Position numbers and translations under genes: made by a program. 20,000 nucleotides of DNA, from the NCBI GenBank assembly GCA_008632985.1, contig QPGO01000116.1, positions 236,727 to 256,726 on the forward strand. The letters are read 5' to 3'. The DNA is from Psammoneis japonica (Eukaryota). Below, piece by piece: positions 1-10,153 of this stretch; positions within the stretch are counted from its first letter, which is position 1; every line of letters starts with the position of its first letter. The notes under the pieces were generated by a model. The model searched no databases, was not told the DNA's origin, and saw only the letters and a list, made by a program, of their open reading frames with translations.

Positions 1-1040
1 TGTCAGCACTGGGGCTGACAGACAGGCAGCTGCAGCTTTGGCTGCAACAACAATTGCGCCAAGTTCCAGCAGCACATTGTGCAGACTTTTGGGCAGTGCT
101 GCAAGGTCACCTGTTCCTTGTTGTGCTGGAAAAGAGCACATTGTTGTGTTGGAGAGATGTCTGCTTCTGCACACCAAAGTGCCTGTGCCATTGGTGGCCG
201 CACATGCACAGCCACAAGCCCACAAGGGTGCCCTCAAGCAACTTTTTTTCTGTCTTGAACTTGTGATTGCTAAAGATCAGTGACAACAACGGCGCACCAT
301 TGTGGCTTTTTTGGAAATGCTGCCTTCCAAGACAAATTTGTGGTTGCTGATGACAGCAAGAACAACCTTGCCAATCTCTTGTCATTCACGTGCATCATGG
401 CCAAAGTGGTGCCACCCATTTTCGTGCCATTGTGCACCTTGTTTTCCAAGCAAATGTGCAACCTGCCTTTGTGATCATCTTTGAAAATCTTGTGGGAGTT
501 GAAGAGTGATCTTTTCTTGTCTCACTTGTGGCACCAAATTCATGCATGACAATTTCCTTGAGCATCTCGCTGGATGCAAGCATCAACCTGCGGGCCCACC
601 CCTGCTTTGTCTGCTGCAACTTTTCCCCAAAATGCCTTGACAGTGATGCAGTTTCCATTTGAGACAAGTGTCACAGCCAAAACCAAAGGAAGAAACCAGT
701 GCTTGAACTTGTTTGCCTTTAGTTTTTGTGGTGGATTGATGAACAATTCAGCAAAAATGCATCAGCTTGTTCCTTTTCCCGTGTGTGAACCCCACCTTGT
801 TTTTTTTTGGAGTGGAACAGTCTCTTCTTTCTTGAAATCAAGTCACATCATGCCAGCAAACATTGTTGAACATTGTGGTCATTCAATGAACAAGAAAGAA
901 CAACAGATTATCTTGCCACAATTGAACAAATGAACAATGTTCACAGTGTTTCAAGCTTGTCGAATGGACCCGCTCAACAAACAGATTTCGTTTCACAAAA
1001 ACAACAGAAGAATCAATTGTCTTGACACAACTGAAAAACA
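1..1040. other. TpA- and CpG-depleted domain of unidentified decayed repeat DNA
   Basis: Only about 3 TpA (near 271, 720 and 909, all in TTA/TAA context) and few CpG. No recognisable protein motif. Confidence 0.85.
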
Positions 1041-1321
1041 ATGAATGTATGTTCTCCTTGAATGGCCAGAAAATGAAGTAGTGCCTTCTGCTCAATCACT
1101 CGACGTTCTCTCGAGTCCCGGTGCACAGGTGAGTTGGCAACTGTTGTTGTCCTAGGATCAGCTTTGTACTGTATGAATGAGTTATGCTATTGCCACAACC
1201 TTATCTCCGCCTCATCTCGAAGCGTAGCCTCACGCTACCTCAAACTCACATGAATAAAGAATGCTACATTAGAAAGAACATGATTAAGCTACTTCTACTT
1301 CAACACGCTACCAGCCCATCA

Positions 1322-2758
1322 TTACGTCGAGCCATTCTCGTTGGATTGTAGGGAGATTTGCTGTTTCTTCATGTATTCCGAAACCATCTCATTGGATGGC
1401 TGGTGATTGGGTTGCTTTTTCAGATATTCCGAGATCAGCTGTGCACATCGTTCGCGAGAAACATTCGTGAAGCGCTGAATGATTTCGACGGCATTATTCG
1501 CAAAGTACGAGAGTGGAATGTATCCCACCATGTCCTTGTCCATGGCAAAGTACACTTCTCCAACTTCGGAGCTTTCCACTCCGAGTGGCGAAAGAAGTTT
1601 GAACAAAGCACAAAAGGTGACAGTGTTGGGAGGCGCATCTCGTCCCAACCGCCGCAAGTCGCGAAAGGGGCACATGCAATCCGGATCGTCGTCGCTGCTA
1701 TCTTGATCACTCTCCGTTTCGGACGACACGGTTGTGGCTGTGAGCAAGCTATCCACACGGAATACTTTGGCAACTTCGCCTTTGCGATGCCGATGGTGTT
1801 GATCCTTGTGAAGCAAACTCACGCCCTCCAGGATTTCATCGACTGTACTTGCAGGATCCGGCTCCTTGACGCGACCAATAATCCGAGCAGGGGCTCCCAC
1901 CGCTGTGGCACCCGACGGAATAGATCTTAGCACAATGCTGCCAGCTCCAATCTTTGCGTTGTCGCCAACATGAATATTACCAAGGATACAGGCACCCGCC
2001 CCCACCAAAACGTGTGCGCCGATTTTTGGATGCCGATCACCGGAATCTTTTCCCGTGCCACCAAGAGTTACACCATGAAGCAGGGTACATCCATCTCCCA
2101 GAACGGCGGTTTCTCCAATCACAACACCTGTGCCGTGGTCCAGCAAGACTCCAGCCCCAATCTGCGCCGCAGGATGAATGTCAACTCCAAAGACGGCTGA
2201 TGCCTGTGACTGGAAGAAGAAGGAGAGCATGCTCCTCTTTTTCTGAGCAAGCTTTTTTAGATACAAATGCCTCGCCGCCCGATGACACACCAACGATGCA
2301 AATCCCTTGAAGAAGAGCACCACTTCCAGTATCGTCTGACAGGCTGGATCGCGATTTAGAACGGCCAGTGCATCCTTACGAACCGCCTCGCCCATGGTAT
2401 GGCCCAGTTCTAGATATTCTAGAGCCTCACTCGTCTCGTCCAGAGCTGACGAAATAATATTTCGGACGGTCTCCAGAGAGCAACAGGTACCAGTGGTACC
2501 ATTGAGCAGACGATATGCAATCGTGGTGGCAACCGCATCGTCAAACGTTTCCACGTGAGGAGCTAGAACGGTCTGATCTAGCAGATACTGTAGCTCCGGC
2601 TCATTCTCGAGGGCCTGCAAAGCTTCATTGCGCAGCTGTTGGGACATGTCAGTTGTGGAAGTTCCGTTCATTTCTTCGTTATCAGAGGTTACACTTATGA
2701 CAGGTGAAGCGTGTAAGAGGGGAGTCGCAATCGCAACGCCGTTGGTTGCGGCCATCAT
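1322..2758 (-). CDS. cysE: Serine O-acetyltransferase (CysE/SAT family), 478 aa, apparently intronless, with a C-terminal EF-hand-like extension
   Basis: Hallmark SAT motifs RDPAC, FFKGF and FGVDIHPAAQIGAGVLLDHGTGVVIGETAVLGDGCTLLHGVTLGGTGKDSGDRHPKIG, plus hexapeptide repeats ending in VGAPAR. ATG at 2758, TAA at 1324-1322. Normal CpG/TpA content. Confidence 0.95.
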   Translation of the reverse strand: MMAATNGVAIATPLLHASPVISVTSDNEEMNGTSTTDMSQQLRNEALQALENEPELQYLLDQTVLAPHVETFDDAVATTIAYRLLNGTTGTCCSLETVRNIISSALDETSEALEYLELGHTMGEAVRKDALAVLNRDPACQTILEVVLFFKGFASLVCHRAARHLYLKKLAQKKRSMLSFFFQSQASAVFGVDIHPAAQIGAGVLLDHGTGVVIGETAVLGDGCTLLHGVTLGGTGKDSGDRHPKIGAHVLVGAGACILGNIHVGDNAKIGAGSIVLRSIPSGATAVGAPARIIGRVKEPDPASTVDEILEGVSLLHKDQHHRHRKGEVAKVFRVDSLLTATTVSSETESDQDSSDDDPDCMCPFRDLRRLGRDAPPNTVTFCALFKLLSPLGVESSEVGEVYFAMDKDMVGYIPLSYFANNAVEIIQRFTNVSRERCAQLISEYLKKQPNHQPSNEMVSEYMKKQQISLQSNENGST

Positions 2759-2916
2759 GGTTGATTATTTCTTTCTTGCGTTGCCTGCAGAGCAGACATG
2801 ACCGAAGATGAAATCTTTCCATGCGCGCGAACATTTTCGACGACCGTCGAACGCGCACTCCGTCGTGTAGATACAGACAAAAACAAACCACGGACGCACA
2901 AGCAAATCGACAATGC

Positions 2917-3726
2917 AAGATGCTCTGTGATTTTTGAACCCTTCGACTGTCGCGATGCCAGTCCAAAATGCAAGAAAACAGCATGAAGACTAAGTGCAAA
3001 GGTTGATGGTCCAAGACACTGACATCTTTTCAGACCATTCAATCAAGGTTTTTGTCTCCCCTCCATGCTCCTCCGAGTTTGTTCAAAGCCCAGCACATCG
3101 CAGTGCACCTGGGTGCCCTCAGAGTGCGTGCACGCCCTTCTCTCGCGAGAGGAAAAAGAGCTGCTTTTTTCCAAGGAGAGCACAACTTGTGTTTCACCTC
3201 TCAACAACAACAGCACCACAGGTTGAGTCAAACACAGCCAAAGCACAGCCTCAGAGGAGGATGGGGCAAGAAAGAAAATTCTCTCTCTCGAGCGGCAAAC
3301 ATGCTCTCTCAAGATGAGCCAAAGATGCTCTGTGATTTTTGAACCCTTCGACTGCCATGATGCCAGCAGCCCAAAACACAAGAAAACAGCATGAAGGCTC
3401 CCTGCAATGGTTGATGGTGCAAGACACTGACATCTTTTCAGACCACCAGTCAATCAAGGTTTTTGTCTCCCCTTCATGCTGCTCCTCCTCTCCGAGTTTG
3501 TTCAAAGCCCAGCATGTCGCAGCACACCTGGGTGTCCTCAGAGTGCGTGCACACCCTTCTCTTGTGAGAGGAGAGAGAGCTGCTTTGGAAAACACAACTT
3601 GCGTTTCACCTCTCAACAACAACAGCACCACAGATTGAATCAAACACAGCCAAAGCACAGCCTCAGAGGAGGATGGGGCAAGAAAGAAAATTCTCTCTTG
3701 AGCGGCAGACATGCTCTCTTAAGATG
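2917..3726. repeat. Two tandem copies of an approximately 405-bp unit (2917-3321, 3322-3726), followed by G20 at 3729-3748
   Basis: Both copies begin AAGATGCTCTGTGATTTTTGAACCCTTCGACTG and share long identical blocks such as CAAACACAGCCAAAGCACAGCCTCAGAGGAGGATGGGGCAAGAAAGAAAATTCTCTCT. Confidence 0.95.
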
Positions 3727-4539
3727 GTGGGGGGGGGGGGGGGGGGGGCAGCTCTCCTCATTCTGAAATGCACCAGCTCTCTGCACACACCAGTTGATTT
3801 GACAGTGTTTTTGTCAAGCCACTGGGCTTTTTTGCAAACTTTTTTTGCGCTGACATTCATGCAGAAACACGACTGCAAAGAAAAACAAAGCTTTCCTGTC
3901 TCACAGAGGTTGGTGCTGGTGCTTTAAACTGCCATCTGCAGACATTGTGCCACTTGCAGCTCACCTCTGCTGGTGCAGACAGATCTTCAAATGAGAGACT
4001 TTTGAACGAATCACAAGGTTTTTGGTGCATTCATGTGTGTTGTGCACCATGTTTAGCGCCAAACCCATGCAAGAAGATTGAGCTCCTAAATGAAGATGAG
4101 CCAACAGCCATCATGACCAAGGCAAGAATGCAAAAATTCCAAAAAACAGGTTGACAAGGCTGCATTCCATGTGTGGTCATTTGGCTGAAATTTGAGTTTG
4201 GTCTTTTTCTTTGTCTTGTGGAGAGCTCGCTGATTTTTGCTTGTGTTTGGTGTCACTCTTTCTCTCTCCTTCAGATTGTTCAGCAGCTCTTTTCACAGTG
4301 CTTGTCTCTGTCAACTTGGTGCCAGCTGCAAACAACAACAACAACAGGAGCATCTCAATGAGGTGCACTTGCACACTTTTTGCACGGTGTTGTTGTGGAC
4401 GATGCCTTGCAAGCACACATCAATTTTTTTTTTGCAAACAAAAGAGACACTCTCTGCACTCAGTGTTTTGAGAGTGCATGGCAGCCAGCCAAAATGCCCG
4501 CAGGCAAGTGCAAAAAGTGTGCCCAACATTGCAAGCCAG

Positions 4540-5400
4540 GGTGACAAGAACATTGGCAATGTTCTGGTGTTGTGGCCATTTTGCTTCACTTTGAGGCAGC
4601 AGAACTTCTTCTTGTCCAAGCAATGAAATTTGTCAACATTTTGTCACCACCTCTTCTGCCACCTTTTGTGTTGAACAGCTGCTCTGCAGTCAACAATCTT
4701 TTCTTCTGTGCCAGTGTGCAACTCACTCAAGACTCCACCACACAGGACAGTGAACAACTTGATCTTTCTGACAGCCAGCAGCAAACAAAAAAGAGGCAAG
4801 TCAGCTTCCCCAATTTTTCTGCCCAAACAAGTGCAGTCAGAAGGTTGCTCTTTTGCATCTGAGCTTTTTGTTGCACTGTGAAAAATGTCAGCATTTTTTG
4901 TCAAACAACAGCTGGGCATGGTGGAAGAAACAGAAAAAAAGTGGCTCAAAGAGGCAGCAAAAACAGCCGCACACAACAGAGTTTCCTGTCAAGTTGTTCT
5001 CAGAAAAAATGACTGCCTTTTGAAGATTTTTCATCATTTGTTGTCCACACTGCCCAAGAAATGAGAATGATGGCCAGCACTTCAAAGAGAGCAGACTTGA
5101 GGAAAGAAGCAACAGAAATTGGGCAGAAGCCCACTCAAACTTGCTCACACAACATGCGTCAGCAGCATCACACTGTCTCCAACCAGCTCTGTTGAGATTC
5201 ACTCTTCTGGCAACCATTTCAGAGCTGCCTCAGTCCTCCAAGGTCTGATCCTGAGGGCAAAATGGACAAGCTTGTTGTCACAACACTTTCTAAAAGTCAA
5301 AGAAGAATGACGACTGCTTCTGCAGCAGTCCACATGCTTCACGTGGAGCACATGAGTGCTGATGCACATGCCCTCTTTGCACCATCTAATTTCAGTGCTT
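4540..5400 (-). mobile_element. Possible heavily decayed MULE-type transposase C-terminus
   Basis: KKKFCCLKVKQNGHNTRTLP (about 4555-4612) resembles the C..CKQ.GHN.RTC knuckle. An upstream CKEGMCISTHVLHV is faintly SWIM-like. The motifs are imperfect. Confidence 0.25.
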
Positions 5401-7371
5401 GAGCCTTTAAATCTTGATTTCCAAAACACTCCTGTTGACCAATGACAAGATCCTTGCCAGACTCCAATGTGCCATCTTGGGGTTGGGGGGTTGGCCTCTT
5501 CTTGCTGCATTGTGTGCCCTGGAGCTCCCCTTGCTCAAATGCCCAGCAGAGTTTCTCTGGATGCACATTTGCAAAAACATGTTGGCTTGGTGATCACTGT
5601 GCTGCAGTGCCCTCTTTCTCATTCTTTTTGTGCATGCTGAAAAAGAAAGAGGTGTGCTGATCTCATTCTCAGCTGTCTAGCATGATTTTGCCACTCTCCA
5701 AAATGAACACTCTCCAAAAAGAACAACCTCTTGTTTTGCTTTGCTCAACCTTTGTTTTGTTTTGCTCAATGAAAAAATCATCTCATGATGTGTGTGAGAG
5801 ACTCTTTTTGCAGCTCCACTGCAAGACAGGGGCACTCCAGAATGAAAAGTCAAACATGACCCACTGTCAAACAAAGCAAGCATGCTTGTGAGTGACACAT
5901 CATGTTTTTGTCAGTGCTGGTGCTGGCTGCATTTCAGCAGATGTTGACAAGTTTAAGTTGTCTTGTGTGTCCTCCATTGTGCTTGGTTTGACAATTTTTG
6001 ATCCAGTGGGCTGTTGACTTGCACTTGGCACAAGTGAGCAACTCATGGCTGTTGTCCTTTTTTCATTGACAAAGACTGCACCCCAAAGCCCCCAACTCAC
6101 CCTGATGGCAAGTGTGCCAGTGCCAGCAAAAATCTCACAAAAGAGCACCAGTCACTGCACATGTTTCTGTGTGGCTTTTTAAAAGCAGCCAAGCAGTGGG
6201 TGCCTCAGTGCAACTGAACTCTCAGATGCCCCCCTGGCTGATGCCCCACCTGCTTCTCAACTTTTTTTTTTGTGTTGGCTGGCAGGCTTTTGCTCACAGT
6301 TGTTCAAAAAGAAAATGAGGTGTCACCTCTCCAGGTGGTTGGCTGGTCAGATTTGGCAAAGTCTCCTCACTTTGGCAAGCTGAGAATCTGGACATCCCAT
6401 TGGCAACTTTGAGCACTTTGGACCACCACATCCTGGTGACTTGAGGCCAAATCTTGGGCTCACCCTTCACACCAAGTTTGCTGCACCACACATTGTCGCT
6501 GCCCAAAAAGCCACAAATTTTCATGGTGCTTGATGTCACAACTTGAAATTGCACCCAATGCAGTGCACAGTGCACACAACAAACAATGCCACATCTTCTG
6601 CTGTGGGGCTTGTTTTTTGTTCATGTGTTCTTGGTTGTCACATCATTGATCAAGGTGCAAGTGATGTTTTGCAACAACAAGATGGTGGTTGACTTGAGGG
6701 TGGCCATGTTGGATTTCTTGTTGCTGCTGACCATCATGCAATGTTTGGACATGCTGGATGCTGGCAAGCAGTGGCATGCTTTGCAAACTTTTGCAGCACT
6801 CTCATGACTGTGGCACACTTGAGTTTACAGCCACTGGGGGTTTGTTGCCACCATTGATGGCACTGTCTGCATCTGCAACATTTTCAGTTTCCAAGTGTGA
6901 GGCAGTCATTGTGTGGACAATGTGCCACACATGATTTTCAGCAAGGAGCAGTGGAAATGGGCAGCAGCGGTGGGCCTTGCAGCGCTGAGCCAAAATGTTC
7001 ACAGTCATGGTTGCCCTTCCTTGTTGCACCCACATGTTGTTTGTGCAGCACTTTTTTTTTGCCAGCTGGCTGCCCCTCTTGCAGGAGTCTGCTGTGCCAG
7101 AGCTGCTGCCCTGGCTGGTGATTGGCCACCCAGTGCTGTGTGTTCATCACATCTGTGGCCACCCCTCTTGCAGAAATCTGCTGTGCCAAAACAAACTTCA
7201 CCAGGAGGGTTGGGGTCTTGCAGCAGTGTGCAAGATGTGTGCTCATTGCATCCATGGTGTGGTGCCAAAGCCACTTTTGGCTTTTGTTTCAAATGTGCTG
7301 CTCACTGGACAGTGGATTTTTTGATCTTCCACTGGTGCATGTCCTGCCACATGCATTGCAGCTCTTGACTG

Positions 7372-9250
7372 CTTTCTTCTGTTTTTTTTCTCTTCTTTTG
7401 GTTTTGTCTCGGGAGTGAGGTTTTTGTTAGAATGATTGGGGTCTGTGGTGTTGGAAGAGGTTGGTCTGGGGAAATGTGTGGTGGGAGGGGTGTGCGAAGC
7501 GCGCTTGGGGATGGAGAGAAAAAGGGTGGGCCCAAAGTGCAGACAGATGGTTGAAGTGAGGAGTTGTCAGCAAGGGCAGGATGGCGAAGTGGCTGAGCTT
7601 GGCAAGAAGAGAGATGGTGGGAGAGAGCACAGCCAAAGTTGAGGCTGAGGATTTGAGAGGCCCAGAGTTGAGGTGTGACGGTGTGACAAGAGGAGCCAAA
7701 GTGGTCTGGGGAAAGTTGTTTCCAGGCCATGTCAGAGTGGGTGAGGAGGTTGGAAGGGGCAAGCAGTGAATTGGCAAAGGCAGAGAAGGATGCTTGAGAG
7801 TTGGAGAAGGAGGATGGGTTTGTCCAGGGTGTGGTTTGGGAGGAAGGGGTGGGATGGAGGCGGATGTTGAAGAGGAGGAGCCAAAGAAAAAGACGTGAAA
7901 ATGGTGCCCAATGCTGCCCAGGTGGTCAAATGTAAAAGGGAGGAGGAAGAGTCCAGCTTGTTTGATGGCATCAATGACACATCAGAGCTGGGGGCAGATT
8001 GTGCAGAGCAACCAAGAAGCTTGTCCCGTGTGCTGCTGAGGTGAACCTTGTTTGGTGGGTTTTCAGGGACAGGCAACCGGGTGCAGGAAGTGGGGGAGCT
8101 GGTGGTGCGGTGACATCAACAGCCAAGAAGTGATGAGTGGACAGATGGGGCGTTGGGTGGTGTGGAGCCAGGAGTGAGTTGAGCGCTGATGTCAGCAGGG
8201 CATTGAGGGGTGGTCAGCTGGGAGACCTGCTGGTTCAAGGTGGGCTTGTTGGTGGGAGAGGCACAGGCCACAAAGGGGGGCCCAGGGTGTCAATGATGGT
8301 GTGGATGGTGTCACAAACATGGTTGGACAGCGGGCTTTTGTGCATTTTGGAGCATGCAAAGGCGCGGTCACCGAAAGGGTCAGGGCGGGCGTGGCCACAT
8401 GGGCAGTCATGTTGGAGCAAAGCAGAGGAGATCATTGGGAGGCACAGCTTGCAGAGGAGAAGGAGTGTGAAAAGGTGTGATGGAAGTTGGTTGGCAGCAG
8501 AGGATCGGGAGGGAGAGTGCAGGCAAAGGCTTGTCAGAGGAGACAGAAGGGGTGGAAGGGCTGGTTGTGTGGAAGGATCAGCAAGGATCAGAGGAAGGGT
8601 GTTGGTTTTGTGGTGGTGCAAATGAAGGTGTTGTGCAAGACTGCACAGGTCATGGTGTTTGATGGCATGCTTGAGAGAGGCAAAGGAGGGGGAGTCAAAA
8701 CGGAGGAGAATGGGAGCACAGTGAAGGAAGATGCGGCAGAGGGAGGAGAGGGTGGAGCGCGGGTTGGACCATGAGCTAAGAGAGGCAGAACAGCTCAGAG
8801 GGAGGTGAAAGACGTCACCACCATTGAGTGGGATGCCATGCTTTGTGCAGCACATTGATTTTGTCAGAGAGGTGATGAGAGCTGGGGTGGCGATGGCGGA
8901 GATGTCGCGACATCCGACACCGCCTGAAGGAGCGGGCAGGTTGGCGATGAGTTTGGCAGCTGAGGGGAAAGGGGGAGAGTGTTGAGCAAGGCAAGCAAGG
9001 AAATGCAAGGAATGGCCAATGATTTTGTTGACAAAAGGCAATGCCCATTGGAAAGGGGGGTTGAGAGATCGTTGGAGTGCGCGAGGTTGAAGCACGCATC
9101 AGCCACGAGGATGTGGGTGGCAGAAGGGATGGAGCATTTCTGGAAGAGGGTGCTTTGTGTTTGTTCATTGGTGAGGCGGTTGGCGAGGTGTCGGAGGTCT
9201 GAGGCAAAGGATGTGGCTTTGTCTTGAATGAAGTTTGCTGTGGCAGAGTC
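7372..9250 (-). mobile_element. 5'-truncated, frameshifted non-LTR retrotransposon with a restriction-like endonuclease (CRE-clade-like)
   Basis: Motifs in order on the minus strand: post-RT LPAPSGGVGCRD (about 8900-8940), zinc finger CPCG...DPFGDRAFAC...NHVCD (about 8310-8410), RLE motifs (R)PADI 8199-8188 and AVDVT 8123-8109, LLPFTFDHLG 7945-7916. A-rich 3' tail at about 7372-7410. Confidence 0.8.
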
Positions 9251-10153
9251 GCAGTCATGTGCTCTCCTGCCTGCGACTCCCGACAAAAAAAGCGGGGGCC
9301 CAGTTTTTGGAATGCGTCATCACACTGCCTGTTAAACCTAGAGGATCACACCCCACAGTGTAGGGCCCTGGGTTAAACCATCATCATGCAATCTGTTGCA
9401 CACATTAAACTGCAGTCTGCTCCAGCTGGGCACATGGACAGGCCTTTTGTTGCACGCAAGAAGGAGAGTGAGTGGGATCTTGTCTGAGAACTCTTGTTTG
9501 ATTCTCATTGAACAAGTTCCTCAGGAGAGAAAAGACTCGTCTGCAGCATATGGCAGGCGCATCATCCTCCATGGCACATTCGTTCAATGGCATCTTCTTG
9601 AAATGGATGGTGTCTGCCATTGCGGTTCGTTTGCGTGCACTGTGTGTGCTGCACTGTGCACGCACCATGCGCTCGTCGTGGTCCGTCTGCGTGGTGCGGC
9701 ACGTAGCACTTGGTACGTCCTAAGTGGCTCATAACCCACCTCGCCAGACAAAATAAACTGGGGAGCCCCAGCTCCCGCCTAAACCCATAAGCCTACTGGT
9801 GGGCCGATTGATTGATTCCCAGATTGTCGAAAGAGTTCGCCAAACCGTTAAATCTATATATCTTTTATACATTGCTAATGATTGACGTTAACTCGACGGA
9901 CTCGATTTCCGCGAAAGGGCGACAAGCCAAAGCGACAAGCGACATTACATCGCTCACAAACTCGCAAAAAAAGCACACACACACGAATATCCACCAAGGC
10001 CACAACGTGGTAGGCGGGAATAAAGCGAACAACGCGGAGCTCCAACGGCAAATAAGAACCTGCCGACTGTCGAGAACCGAGAAACTCCTGCCAACAGTCG
10101 TAAGCCACAAAGGGCCAAGTGGACTAGACGAGAAGAAGAAAAGTAGTGTGACG

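Larger units (their letters stand above)
2900..9330. other. TpA- and CpG-depleted, TpG/CpA-rich repeat domain
   Basis: About 15 TpA by manual count in about 6.4 kb. Six-frame ORFs here are essentially devoid of Tyr and rich in Cys and His. Confidence 0.95.

Noticed and set aside
2917..3726. CRISPR array or LTR pair
   Set aside because: Two abutting long units with no spacers, internal region, PPT or TSD, in a eukaryotic context.
5900..7370. Possible hAT/other transposase remnant (CALH motif)
   Set aside because: Cys/His motifs arise trivially in this composition, and there is no coherent domain order.
9758..9776. Small hairpin GGGAGC-ccca-GCTCCC
   Set aside because: A 6-bp stem is expected by chance, with no supporting element ends.
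9812..10153. N-terminal 114 aa of the 287-aa ORF
   Set aside because: Starts at a non-ATG codon and looks like promoter/5' UTR. The signal peptide begins at ATG 10154.
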